A program made the translations under genes and the position numbers. A DNA stretch of 64,000 nt from Alkalispirochaeta sp. GTDB taxonomy: Bacteria; Spirochaetota; Spirochaetia; DSM-27196; Alkalispirochaetaceae. Below are positions 1 through 9,580 of the stretch, piece after piece; the stretch's first letter is position 1, and each line of letters opens with the position of its first letter. The notes under the pieces are model-generated. The model did not search any database. It was not told the origin of the DNA and saw only the letters and a program-made list of their open reading frames with translations. Where the stretch lies: assembly GCA_965601925.1 (NCBI GenBank), contig OZ271854.1, forward strand, positions 576,001 through 640,000, given 5' to 3'.

Positions 1-582
1 GAAGGACGATCGATCGCGGTCTTTGCGGGAGGCTGCTTTTGGTGCATGGAGCCGCCCTTCGATGCGTTGGACGGTGTCGAGGAGACGATCGTCGGCTACA
101 CCGGCGGCCACTACGAGCGCCCGTCGTATCGAATCGTCGCCCACACCGACACCGGCCACTACGAGGCGGTCCTCGTCGTCTTCGACCCGTCGCGCGTCTC
201 ATATGAGGAACTACTGGAAGTGTTTTGGATAAATGTGAATCCCGTCGACTCCACGGGGCAGTTCTGCGATCGCGGCGATAGTTATCGGAGCGCGATCTTC
301 GCCGCCGATGCGGCGCAGGCGGACGCTGCCGATGCAACGCGACGAGCCCTCGATACCTCGGGCCATCTCTTATCGTACGATCGCCCGATTGCCACCGCCG
401 TCTTACCGTTGTCGACGTTTTGGGTCGCCGAAGAGTATCACCAGGACTACTATCTGAACCACTCGTTCAATTATCGCTACTATCGCAGTCGCTGCGGCCG
501 CGACGACCGGCTGGAGGCGCTGTGGGGTCCCGAGGATGGGCGCCGCACCCTCATTCGTCGTCTGATCGAGTCCGAGCGGTAG
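1..582 (+). CDS. msrA: Peptide methionine sulfoxide reductase A (5' end outside window)
   Basis: Frame 1 is open from base 1 and reads AVFAGGCFWCME (GCFW active-site motif). Also GYTGG, GHYEAV, GQFCDRG and AEEYHQDY. Confidence 0.95.
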   Translation, partial: EGRSIAVFAGGCFWCMEPPFDALDGVEETIVGYTGGHYERPSYRIVAHTDTGHYEAVLVVFDPSRVSYEELLEVFWINVNPVDSTGQFCDRGDSYRSAIFAADAAQADAADATRRALDTSGHLLSYDRPIATAVLPLSTFWVAEEYHQDYYLNHSFNYRYYRSRCGRDDRLEALWGPEDGRRTLIRRLIESER

Positions 583-683
583 CCGCGGCGCAACTCATCG
601 ATAGCCGCCGACCTCGGCGGGCGCCGACAACACCGACTCCGAGAAGGGGACGATCGTTCAAGCCGGCTTTTCTGCCTATCCGA

Positions 684-2816
684 TCACACCCGGAAGCGTT
701 CTACCGAAGTACCGAGACGGTCCACCTGGTGAGATAGAGACTGCGTGAGCCGTTGGACTTCATCGATTGCGGTACTGACTTCCGAATTCCCGGCATCAAT
801 TTCGGCCATTCGATCGGCCGCCGAGGCGAGCTGATCGGCAATCGCTTTGAGGTTGTCCACGACGACCCGGATCGAATGCTTCATGTGCTCCTCCGAGTCT
901 CTGACTTTCGAGGCGGCAGCGGTGAGCTCGGCTATCGCGGTGAGGACCTCGTTGCCTCCGATCGACATCTCCTTCGCGGTCTGTTCGAGCTCCGAGTACG
1001 CGCGATAGTTCTCTTCCGCATTGTGGGCTACCTGCTCGAAAGTCTCGGAGCCGGCCCTCGCCAATTGGGTCGCAGATTCGATGCGTGCGGTTATCTCGCT
1101 GAGGATTTCCTGAATTCGAGTCGAGTTTCCCGCGGAATCCTCGGCGAGTTTGCGGATCTCGTCCGCCACAACGGCGAACCCTTTACCGGCGTCGCCGGCA
1201 TGAGCCGCCTCTATCGCAGCGTTCATTGAGAGAAGATTGGTTTGACTCGTAATGCCGGTTATGACTTCCGTGATTTCGGTGATTTGACCGGCAAAGCTGG
1301 CGACCTCTTCGATCATGGTTCTGGTTTCAGCGGCGCCCTCGTCGCCTTTTCGGGCCGCGTTCATCAGAGCCTCGGTATCGCCGCGACGAGCGCTCACGAT
1401 GCTCGCGACGTTTGTCAGGCTCGAGACGATCTGTTCAACGCTGGCCGTGGATTCCTCGGTCATGGCGGTCTGATCCTGCACGTGGTCGTCCAGCTCTTGT
1501 ACGGCGACCGTAATCTCCTCGATCTCATGCAGCGCCTCTCGGACGCGCTCGTTGATGCCGTCGACGTCCTTTCGCACCGCCGCGGTATTCTTGGCCATGT
1601 TTCGCCCGCTCACCGAGGTTTGTTCCGCGGTCGAGGCAAGACTGTTGATCGAGTTCCCCGCCGCGGTCGTGACTTCCTTGATTGCGACGACGTTGGCACG
1701 CTGGTTGTCGCTCATCTGCTGCATCGAGCCCGCGAGGTTGTCCCCGTGGTCTACGCCCAGATCGGTCGTCGTCAGATCACCTTCGGCAATGCGTCGCGCG
1801 AGGGTCCGAAGCGCCGCCGGGTCGGCGCCGAGCTGCGTAAGAATCGAGCGGGTGAGCACAAACGCCGCGGCCAGTCCGATGAGCAGGGCCGTCGCTCCCG
1901 CAATCTGCGAGAAAAGGCGTGCCCGCGAAGCCCGCATCGCGATCACGCCGCGAAGCTCCTCCAAATCGTCGGAGATTCCGAGGGCCAGGTCCTCGGAAAG
2001 GGCGTCGATCCGCGAAAGGGCGGGGAAAATCACCTCATCGTCAAGCCGGTTCCGCGTGATTATTGCTTCGCCCACGTCATCGAGCGCATCGAAATATTGA
2101 TCACTACCGGATCGGACCTGCGCGAGAATCGCTCGCCGCCGGGGGTTCTGAAGGTCTCTATCGAGGGCGTCGAGCTGTCGGACGAGCTCGGCAAACTCCG
2201 TCGTCGACTCCTCAAGATCGCTTTGCCTGTTGTTCACGAGGAACTTGTTTACCGCGAGACGCCCCCTCAAGAGGTGTCGCAACGCGAGGGCGGCTTCGTA
2301 GGCGGCAACGAGGTCGCCGTCGGCTTCCGCCGACACCAAGATCTCCGTGAGCAGTGCGTCGATCCTCGGGCCAACCACGTCCATGGTATTGAATACAATG
2401 TCGTCCCTTCGCGCCACCGCCGCGAGAAGCTCCGGTTTGACCTCTTGGAAGCGGTCGACAAGCGTGATCATCTCCCGCACCCCTTCGATACGCTCGGGAT
2501 CGGAAATAGCCCCCTCGAGTTCGTCGAGCAGCTGTTCTTCTCGCTCTCCGAGCCGATCCATCTCGGCGATGCTCTCACTCACGTAATCCGGGTCCAGGCG
2601 AGCACCGTGATTCGTCACGAAATCGGTAAATATTCGGTCTTGAGTGAGGACGGCGGTCTGAAGCTGGACGGCTAATCGCTCATCGACGATGAGATCGCCC
2701 AACACTGCGAGATCCCGACCGGTTTGCACTTGCAAGATCACATTCGAAACGATTGACACTAAAAACGGCGCGATTACTACGGCGAACCCAACAACGATTC
2801 GTGTCCTAAGTTTCAT
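684..2816 (-). CDS. Methyl-accepting chemotaxis protein (2 TM, large helical periplasmic sensor)
   Basis: Two TM segments and the signalling hairpin QTNLLSMNAAIEAAHAGDAGKGFAVVADEIRKLA. Confidence 0.95.
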   Translation of the reverse strand: MKLRTRIVVGFAVVIAPFLVSIVSNVILQVQTGRDLAVLGDLIVDERLAVQLQTAVLTQDRIFTDFVTNHGARLDPDYVSESIAEMDRLGEREEQLLDELEGAISDPERIEGVREMITLVDRFQEVKPELLAAVARRDDIVFNTMDVVGPRIDALLTEILVSAEADGDLVAAYEAALALRHLLRGRLAVNKFLVNNRQSDLEESTTEFAELVRQLDALDRDLQNPRRRAILAQVRSGSDQYFDALDDVGEAIITRNRLDDEVIFPALSRIDALSEDLALGISDDLEELRGVIAMRASRARLFSQIAGATALLIGLAAAFVLTRSILTQLGADPAALRTLARRIAEGDLTTTDLGVDHGDNLAGSMQQMSDNQRANVVAIKEVTTAAGNSINSLASTAEQTSVSGRNMAKNTAAVRKDVDGINERVREALHEIEEITVAVQELDDHVQDQTAMTEESTASVEQIVSSLTNVASIVSARRGDTEALMNAARKGDEGAAETRTMIEEVASFAGQITEITEVITGITSQTNLLSMNAAIEAAHAGDAGKGFAVVADEIRKLAEDSAGNSTRIQEILSEITARIESATQLARAGSETFEQVAHNAEENYRAYSELEQTAKEMSIGGNEVLTAIAELTAAASKVRDSEEHMKHSIRVVVDNLKAIADQLASAADRMAEIDAGNSEVSTAIDEVQRLTQSLSHQVDRLGTSVERFRV

Positions 2817-3311
2817 AACGAGCCAAACGTAACGTCAAAGGGGTGGCGAAAACAATTCTCGAAGCTTATCGTTATAGAATATAACCGAATTTTTATAAAC
2901 AAAAATAGCATATTATGCCGCATTTTTTTATATCTATCGATAAATATACATAACAACCTCGGTGCTTCGGTGCAAATACGCGCCGTCCAGATTGCGCCGA
3001 CAAACTGCCGTACGTGCACCCCCGACAGCCACTATCCGGCCCGGTGTAGGCGACACGTGGGCCCAATCGGTAGTTGGGAACCGGCCTCGCGAGACTCGAA
3101 AAGCCCCCTTGCAGCGTCGCGGGGCATGAGGCGCTACGGGATCGGCGTGCCGCCTCAAGCTTCCCGGTGACGACGAAAAGTCGCATTTCCGGACCGCGCA
3201 GGACATTGACCCGACGGCGGCCGTCCATCTACCCTGCCTCATGGTCCATGAGTCGACAACGACCTCGCGGCGACGATCGAATACGTATCGGCAAGACGGC
3301 GCGGCGGTGCG

Positions 3312-4802
3312 ATGACGCAGTACTCGGAAGACGCCGTACCGCTCGCTCCGCGTATCCTCCTCGTGGAAGACGATCCCCTGTGGGCGTTCAATACCAAGAC
3401 GGCGTTGGATGCGTTGGGATACCGCGTGCACTACGTTCTCGAAGCGGAGGAGGCGCTACGGAGTATCGAGACGTTTGCGCCGGATACGCTTCTCATCGAT
3501 ATCGATCTCGGCCCCACCTCGGACGGTCCCGGGCTGGCGTGTACCATTGCGAGGGAACGGCCGGATATGCCGATCGTCTTTTTTTCCGCCCACGTCGACG
3601 AACGCACCGTGGAACGTGTCGCCGGCATCGACCACTACGGCTACGTGACCAAGGAAGCGGGGCCGTACGTATTGGACCAAATGTTGCGAATGGCACTCAG
3701 ACTCTCTGCGGCGCGGCGAGGAAAACGGGAGAGCGACGATCTCTTTCAGAGCGTCGTCGAAGAGAGCACCGACGGTATAGCTATGAGCGACGAAGAGGGA
3801 CGTCAGATCCTTTGGAACCGCGCCGCCGCGGAACTAACGGGCATCCCGGGGACCGAAGCGCTCGGCCTGGCGGTATGGGACACCTTTGAACGACTCGTAC
3901 CGGATACGGGCCCCGGGAGGCGCTCGGGGCGATACGAGGCGGTGGTCAGGGCGTGGCTCAAACGGGGAGTCCCTACCGAGGTTACGCGTCCGCGCATCGT
4001 CACCATTCGACACGGCGACGGCATCTCGAGGCGCGTCGAACAGCGTATCTTTCCCATACCGGGTGAGCGAGGCCTCCGTCTCGGGGCGCTGATCAGAGAC
4101 GTCACGCGCCGAGTCGAGGCCGAAGAGAAGGTTCGCGCACTCTTGCGGGAGCAGACCGAGTTGCTAAGGGAGTCGCATGAACGCATCCGCGTCGATCTGG
4201 ATCTCGTTCGCTCGCTTCTCACCGTTCAACGCTTCCAATCGCACGACGCACAAACGCAAGGGGCGCTCTACGACGCCGAGCAGCACATTACGCTGCTCAG
4301 CCGCGTCTACGATCGGATGTATCGCAGCGAGGACATTACCTCGATTCCTCTCGAACGGCTCATGGACGATCTCATCGCCGATCTACAGAGACAGCGTCAC
4401 GGCGTGCGGTCCGGAGGTGACGGTTCCCGGCGGGACGGATCAAACGGTTCTTCGACGGGACCGACGGTCTCGCTCAACGTCGAACGAGTCGCGGTTGCGC
4501 GACGCTTTTGTCTACCCGTCGCGCTCATCGCGTGGTTACTCGTCGACAATGTACTCGCCCGTACTCCCGGTGCCGGCGCCGTAGGAGCGGTTACGGTATA
4601 CGTCGGCAAACTGGGAGAGGACTGGTTGGAACTGGTCGTCTCCTACGATGGAGACGATCTCAGGCCGCAGGATACGGTAGAGGGCCGGGCGAGATTCGAC
4701 ATCGAGCTGGTAGCGACCCTCGCCGAACAACTGAACGGCGCGATGACCGTCGAGAGCGGCGGCGCCTCGATTCGTATCACGCTGCAGCTCCCCGGGACGT
4801 GA
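3312..4802 (+). CDS. REC-PAS-HisKA_2/HATPase-like hybrid signalling protein with degenerate kinase motifs
   Basis: Receiver domain (ILLVEDD...LLIDIDL...YVTKE), PAS domain (ESTDGIAMSDEEGRQILWNRAAAELTG), then an HWE/HisKA_2-like C-terminus. Confidence 0.8.
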   Translation: MTQYSEDAVPLAPRILLVEDDPLWAFNTKTALDALGYRVHYVLEAEEALRSIETFAPDTLLIDIDLGPTSDGPGLACTIARERPDMPIVFFSAHVDERTVERVAGIDHYGYVTKEAGPYVLDQMLRMALRLSAARRGKRESDDLFQSVVEESTDGIAMSDEEGRQILWNRAAAELTGIPGTEALGLAVWDTFERLVPDTGPGRRSGRYEAVVRAWLKRGVPTEVTRPRIVTIRHGDGISRRVEQRIFPIPGERGLRLGALIRDVTRRVEAEEKVRALLREQTELLRESHERIRVDLDLVRSLLTVQRFQSHDAQTQGALYDAEQHITLLSRVYDRMYRSEDITSIPLERLMDDLIADLQRQRHGVRSGGDGSRRDGSNGSSTGPTVSLNVERVAVARRFCLPVALIAWLLVDNVLARTPGAGAVGAVTVYVGKLGEDWLELVVSYDGDDLRPQDTVEGRARFDIELVATLAEQLNGAMTVESGGASIRITLQLPGT

Positions 4803-4919
4803 CGGCCTTACGCAGGGGCGATAACGCTCTCCGAGGCGAGGTCGGTCCGCGGTTGCCCACCTGAACTTTCTTGCTCACCGAGCACACCGACGCTATAATG
4901 CGTCCATCCGGAGGTACTA

Positions 4920-5435
4920 TTGAACGCAATCAAGACGGTAGCGGAGCTGATGGAGGTATCCGCCGTCACCGCTCCTAAGGCGGTGGGGCGTAACTACGTC
5001 GTGACCGCCACGATCGAAGGTGACGAGCTGCAGCGTCTGGCACAACGGATGATCGAGTACGGAAAAGAGAGCGGCAAGAAGAATTTCGACCGTGACGGCG
5101 CCAATCTGGCGGCCTCCGAGGCGGTCTTACTGATCGGTCTCAAAGATGCTCTCCCGCCGGGGATCGATTGCGCCGCATGCGGACACCCGGTCTGCATCTC
5201 GATCAACGACGGCGAGCGGAACGGGGAGTTTCTCGGCCCTCAGTGCGCGGTCCGTCTTCTTGACATGGGCATCGCCATCGGGAGCGCAGTCAAAACGGCG
5301 CAGATGCTCAACGTCGACAATCGCATCATGTACCGCATCGGCGTCGCGGCGCGACAGCTCGATATGATCGACGCCGACTTTGTCATGGGAGTACCCCTAT
5401 CGGTAACGGGTAAGAGTATTTACTACGATCGCTGA
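4920..5435 (+). CDS. DUF2148-type ferredoxin-motif protein
   Basis: TAPKA.G, CAACGHPVC, C..RLLDMGIAIGSAVKTA, VDNRIMYRIG and SVTGKSIYYDR. TATAAT and GGAGG precede a TTG start. Confidence 0.8.
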   Translation: MNAIKTVAELMEVSAVTAPKAVGRNYVVTATIEGDELQRLAQRMIEYGKESGKKNFDRDGANLAASEAVLLIGLKDALPPGIDCAACGHPVCISINDGERNGEFLGPQCAVRLLDMGIAIGSAVKTAQMLNVDNRIMYRIGVAARQLDMIDADFVMGVPLSVTGKSIYYDR

Positions 5436-5451
5436 CGGCCGCCGGTACCTA

Positions 5452-6156
5452 CTAAGCTACTTCGCCGGCGGACGGTTCCGACGCACCCTTGGGACCTCGT
5501 AACAGTCGGACGCCCAAGTACACAAACGGCGTGTCCAACAGCGCCATCAAAACCTTGAGCAGCCAGTACGGGGGCACCATGCTTCCCAGCACGAAGGCGA
5601 GCGTGAATTGCTCTCCGACGCCCCAAAAGGCGATCAGCATAAAGACGACCGTGTCGATGAGCTGACTGACCATCGTCGATGCGTTGTTGCGCAGCCACAG
5701 CATTCGACCCTGGGTCGCTCGCTTCCACGCTTCGAATGCCCACACATCGTGGGCCTGCGAGAGGGCAAATGCAACGATACTCGCCGCGGTGATACGCAGG
5801 GAGTTCCGAAATATCGTCCGATACGCCTCGTCGTTCGCGGCGAACCGATCGGCAGGCGGAAGTACGGTGGCAACGGCGGTCACGGCAAATACCAAAAGCA
5901 GCACGACGATGGTGGACCAGATGAGCGATCTGATCGCCTTCCCGCCCCAAATCTCCGCCATGATATCGGTCACCAAAAAAGAGAGCGGAAAGAGAAAGAT
6001 CCCCACGGAACCCGTGAACTGAAACCCCCGAATCGTGAAAAAGGGTATCACCTTGGTCCCCATCAGATTGACCGCGACGATCGAACCGATGAAGAGCGCC
6101 GAGAGATAGGTATATGCTCGCGGGTGCGGCCCGCTCTTGCCGTCAATGCTCATCAT
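5452..6156 (-). CDS. yhhQ: Queuosine precursor transporter (YhhQ/Vut_1 family)
   Basis: FPLSFLVTDIMAEIWG, LWLRNNASTMVSQLIDT and K..MALLDTPFVY; multi-TM protein. Confidence 0.88.
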   Translation of the reverse strand: MMSIDGKSGPHPRAYTYLSALFIGSIVAVNLMGTKVIPFFTIRGFQFTGSVGIFLFPLSFLVTDIMAEIWGGKAIRSLIWSTIVVLLLVFAVTAVATVLPPADRFAANDEAYRTIFRNSLRITAASIVAFALSQAHDVWAFEAWKRATQGRMLWLRNNASTMVSQLIDTVVFMLIAFWGVGEQFTLAFVLGSMVPPYWLLKVLMALLDTPFVYLGVRLLRGPKGASEPSAGEVA

Positions 6157-6248
6157 GATTCACGCATACTATTCGATGTGCCGAGTAGCGGCAAGTAAAG
6201 CCGATTGTCTTGACCAACGACCACGAGCGACGCACTATCGAGAGACAC

Positions 6249-7691
6249 ATGCTCCTTGCAATCGTCATCACCGTCGCGCAAATCTTAGGGGTCCTGTCGT
6301 CGATCTCGGCGCTCTTTACCGCTCGCACCTCGCAGGGAGCGATCGCCTGGATCGTATCGTTGGTGACGTTCCCCTATTTGGCGGTACCGGCGTACTGGAT
6401 CTTCGGCAGAACGCGGTTCAACGGATATGTGCAGTCGCGCAAGGCCGTCGACGCGCAACTGAAGGACCGTGTGGGCGAGTTGCGAACCTCCTTGGAACGC
6501 TGGCGCCGCCCCTTGTCCGACGACACGAACGGCCTCGAGGCGGCGGAATCGATCGCCAAAATCCCCTTCACCTTCGGCAACACGGTCGAACTGTTGATCA
6601 ACGGACCTCAGGCGTTCGAGCGCATGTTCGACGCGATAGGGCGCGCACAGCGCTACGTCCTCATTCAATTCTACATCCTACGAGCCGATCGTTTCGGGCA
6701 GGAACTCAAGGAGCTGCTCCTCGCAACGGCCGCGCGGGGCGTACGGATCTACTTTCTCTTTGACGAGATCGGAAGTTATAGACTCCCCCTCTCTTTCGCG
6801 CGCGAGTTGCGACTGGGTGGGGTGCGTATACACCCCTTCTCCTCCACGCGCGGGCGTCGCAACCGTTTTCAACTCAACTTTCGCAACCATCGCAAGGTAC
6901 TCATCGTCGACGGGGTCGACGGGTACGTCGGCGGGCTCAACATCGGAGAGGAGTATCTGGGGCTGAGTGAGAAGTTCGGTCGGTGGCGCGACACGCACTT
7001 GCGCCTCCGGGGTCCGGCGTTGGTCGGGCTGCAACTGCCCTTTGTCGAGGACTGGCATTGGGCGACCGGCGAGCATCTCGATCTCGACTGGACGCGGTGC
7101 ATACAGGCGGCAACATCGGGAATCGCGTCGGTGGACTCCTCCGACTCCACCGCATTGGTCTTGCCCTCGGGGCCGGCCGACGAGTATCCCACTGCGGGCC
7201 TCATGATACAAAATGCGATTCACTCGGCGAGGACGCGCCTGTGGATTGCAAGCCCGTACTTCGTCCCCGACGAGGCGGTGCAAGATGCACTTCTACTCGC
7301 GGCGATGCGGGGCGTGGACGTGCGTATTCTCATTCCCGACCGACCGGACCATACGTTGGTGTATCTCTCGGCGTTCGCTTTTGTGGGCGCGATGCTTCGC
7401 GGCGGCGTCAAAATCTATCGCTATCTTCCGGCGTTTCTCCACGAGAAGGTCTTTCTGGTGGACGACGAAGTGTCGGGAGTGGGAACGGTGAACCTCGACA
7501 ATCGGTCGTTTCGGCTCAACTTCGAGATTACCGCACTCATTATCGCCGAGAACTTCGCGCGAAACGTCCAGCAGATGTTCATTCACGATTTCGAGCGCTC
7601 CCGGGAGATGACCGTTGAAGAGGTCGACCGGATGCCGATTTGGCTCCGCGGCGCCTCGCGACTGGCGTACCTCTTTGCGCCGATACAGTAG
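6249..7691 (+). CDS. cls: Cardiolipin synthase
   Basis: N-terminal TMs and two PLD HxKxxxxD motifs (NHRKVLIVDG; LHEKVFLVDD). Start placed at ATG 6249. Confidence 0.92.
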   Translation: MLLAIVITVAQILGVLSSISALFTARTSQGAIAWIVSLVTFPYLAVPAYWIFGRTRFNGYVQSRKAVDAQLKDRVGELRTSLERWRRPLSDDTNGLEAAESIAKIPFTFGNTVELLINGPQAFERMFDAIGRAQRYVLIQFYILRADRFGQELKELLLATAARGVRIYFLFDEIGSYRLPLSFARELRLGGVRIHPFSSTRGRRNRFQLNFRNHRKVLIVDGVDGYVGGLNIGEEYLGLSEKFGRWRDTHLRLRGPALVGLQLPFVEDWHWATGEHLDLDWTRCIQAATSGIASVDSSDSTALVLPSGPADEYPTAGLMIQNAIHSARTRLWIASPYFVPDEAVQDALLLAAMRGVDVRILIPDRPDHTLVYLSAFAFVGAMLRGGVKIYRYLPAFLHEKVFLVDDEVSGVGTVNLDNRSFRLNFEITALIIAENFARNVQQMFIHDFERSREMTVEEVDRMPIWLRGASRLAYLFAPIQ

Positions 7692-7750
7692 TGAGCCGGA
7701 AGGACCGGCGTGCGGGATCGTTCGGCGCCTCGTAACGCCGCTCGGTGTTC

Positions 7751-7759
7751 TGATATGAT
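7751..7759 (+). promoter_or_regulatory. Extended -10 (TGa TATGAT) 6 nt before the ATG; probable leaderless start
   Basis: TATGAT at 7754-7759, ATG at 7766, no SD visible. Confidence 0.55.
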
Positions 7760-7765
7760 CGCGCT

Positions 7766-8815
7766 ATGCAAGAGCAATTCCGAGCAGTGCGCACCCGCGG
7801 CGGTGGAGCGGAACAATCCGATACCGGTCCTTACGGCGGATTCGCGTCTCGCGTTGAAGAGTGTCGTACTGAGGAGTTACCCGCCGGTGACGTTCTCATT
7901 AAGGTCGAGTACTCCTCCCTGAACTATAAAGACGCCCTCTCCATGGCCGGGCATCCCGGCGTAACGAAACGCTACCCCCACACGCCGGGTATCGACGCGG
8001 CGGGGCGCATCGCTCGAATCGACGGCGCGGGAACGGGCGAACTGCAACCCGATATGCCGGTGATCGTCCACGGGTACGATCTCGGTATGAACACATGGGG
8101 CGGACTCGGCGAATACATTCGCGTCCCCGCCGACTGGGTAGTACCGCTTCCGGAGTCTCTGGACGCAAGGAATGCGATGGCGTACGGCACGGCGGGGTTT
8201 ACCGCCGCCCTTTCGGTGGAACGCCTCCGACACGCGCTGGGAGACGCTCCGTTCCCGCCGGACCTACCGGTAGTCGTCTCCGGTGCGTCGGGCGGCGTCG
8301 GATCGGTGGCCGTTGCCATGCTCGCGGGCCTGGGTTGCGAGGTGGTCGCCTCTACCGGCAAGGTCGACGAGGCGGCGTCTCGGGACTATCTGGACCGCCT
8401 CGGCGCACGCGATGTGGTGGGACGCGACGCGCTGGAGGTCGATCCGGGACGACCGTTGGCCAAGGCGCGTTGGGCCGCCGGAGTCGACACAACCGGCGGG
8501 ACGATTCTCTCGGGCGTCGTGCGCTCTACGGCATATCGCGGCGCGGTCACGTGTTGCGGCCTTACCCAAAGCGCGGAGGTACCCTTGAGCGTGTACCCTT
8601 TTATTCTACGCGGCGTACAGCTGGTCGGCATCGACTCCGCACAAACGCCCATCACCGAACGTCGCCGGATCTGGCAACGGATCGCCGACGAACTGCGTCG
8701 GCCGGTCGTGGAGGAGCACGCCGAGGAGATACCCCTCCATCGCGCACCGGAAGTGGCGGCGAGCCTGCTCGACGGCACGCACCGAGGTAGGACGATCGTC
8801 GCGGTACGGTCCTAA
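7766..8815 (+). CDS. YhdH/YhfP (AcuI-like) MDR-family oxidoreductase
   Basis: YSSLNYKDAL, PGIDAAG, GASGGVGS and PFILRGVQLVGIDS. Confidence 0.9.
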   Translation: MQEQFRAVRTRGGGAEQSDTGPYGGFASRVEECRTEELPAGDVLIKVEYSSLNYKDALSMAGHPGVTKRYPHTPGIDAAGRIARIDGAGTGELQPDMPVIVHGYDLGMNTWGGLGEYIRVPADWVVPLPESLDARNAMAYGTAGFTAALSVERLRHALGDAPFPPDLPVVVSGASGGVGSVAVAMLAGLGCEVVASTGKVDEAASRDYLDRLGARDVVGRDALEVDPGRPLAKARWAAGVDTTGGTILSGVVRSTAYRGAVTCCGLTQSAEVPLSVYPFILRGVQLVGIDSAQTPITERRRIWQRIADELRRPVVEEHAEEIPLHRAPEVAASLLDGTHRGRTIVAVRS

Positions 8816-8821
8816 GCAGCC

Positions 8822-9523
8822 GTGACGCGGAGCGAAACGAGACGCTTGGTGTGCCTGGTCACCGAGTCGATACCGGCCGCCCGTAAAGTCACCGCCGGAG
8901 AGCTCGCGCTCCGCATCGCTCGGGGGACGGCGTGCATCCCGCGGGAGAGCGCCGCGGCGCTCCGCGATACCCTCGCCGCGGCGCCGTCCCTCGACGATCT
9001 TATGGACGGCGAGGCGCGGTGGCGCGAGTTGGTCTATCGGGACGCAGCCGACCGTTTTCACCGCCGGCGCTGGAATCGGCCGGAGCGACGGCGGGCGGTC
9101 GTCGACCTCAGCAACCTCGCATGGACGTTCCGCGTGAAAGGGTCGCGCCCCACCGTCGCGGCGCTCCTGCCGGTCGTAGCGTTTCTTCGCTCCCTGAACA
9201 TCGAGGAAATCCACGGCATTGCGGACGCCAATATTCGTCACGTGGTCGACGATCCCGATTCAATATCCGAGCTCGCCGTCGCCTTGGACGAGCTCACGAT
9301 CGTCGAGGCGCGACAACCGGCGGATCCGGCGATTATCGACACGGCGCTCCGCTGGGGTTCTCTCATTGTGAGTAACGACCGTTACCGAGAGTGGAAACGG
9401 AGCTCCGCCGGGAGACGGCGAGCGGTGTGGCGTATCGTCGTTCCTCTACGCCCGGCTGCGCACAACCGAAGCGATATCTACGACCTGGGCGAGCCGGGCG
9501 CCGAGCTTCGAGATCCCGTCTAA
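8822..9523 (+). CDS. PIN/NYN-domain (Zc3h12a-like) putative ribonuclease
   Basis: AVVDLSN, IADAN, ADPAII and IVSNDRYREW follow the acidic motif series of NYN/Zc3h12a-like domains. Confidence 0.65.
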   Translation: MTRSETRRLVCLVTESIPAARKVTAGELALRIARGTACIPRESAAALRDTLAAAPSLDDLMDGEARWRELVYRDAADRFHRRRWNRPERRRAVVDLSNLAWTFRVKGSRPTVAALLPVVAFLRSLNIEEIHGIADANIRHVVDDPDSISELAVALDELTIVEARQPADPAIIDTALRWGSLIVSNDRYREWKRSSAGRRRAVWRIVVPLRPAAHNRSDIYDLGEPGAELRDPV

Positions 9524-9538
9524 GAAATACTTTGGCAA

Positions 9539-9559
9539 TTTGTTGAAAAATCGGATATC
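9539..9559. promoter_or_regulatory. Putative ROK operator upstream of the ROK gene
   Basis: TTTGTTGA-N5-CGGATATC, similar to the sites at 10828 and 16869. Confidence 0.4.
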
Positions 9560-9580
9560 ATCGTTCGAGGATTAGACTTC

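Noticed and set aside
1242..2675. Long antisense ORFs (477 aa here; similar ones at 12042-13202, 14580-15773, 27640-28581, 36851-37951)
   Set aside because: They are shadows of well-supported opposite-strand genes, expected in GC-rich coding DNA, with no motifs.
2895..2900. Additional ATAAAC hits (2895 and 60444) as members of the efflux regulon
   Set aside because: No TAnnnT at the 22-nt spacing for 2895. The 60444 hit overlaps the DMT start codon and lacks the phased repeats.
6157..6248. preQ1 riboswitch upstream of the queuosine precursor transporter
   Set aside because: No preQ1 stem-loop with an A-rich tail. A -10-like TAGTAT sits only 9 nt from the ATG, leaving no room.
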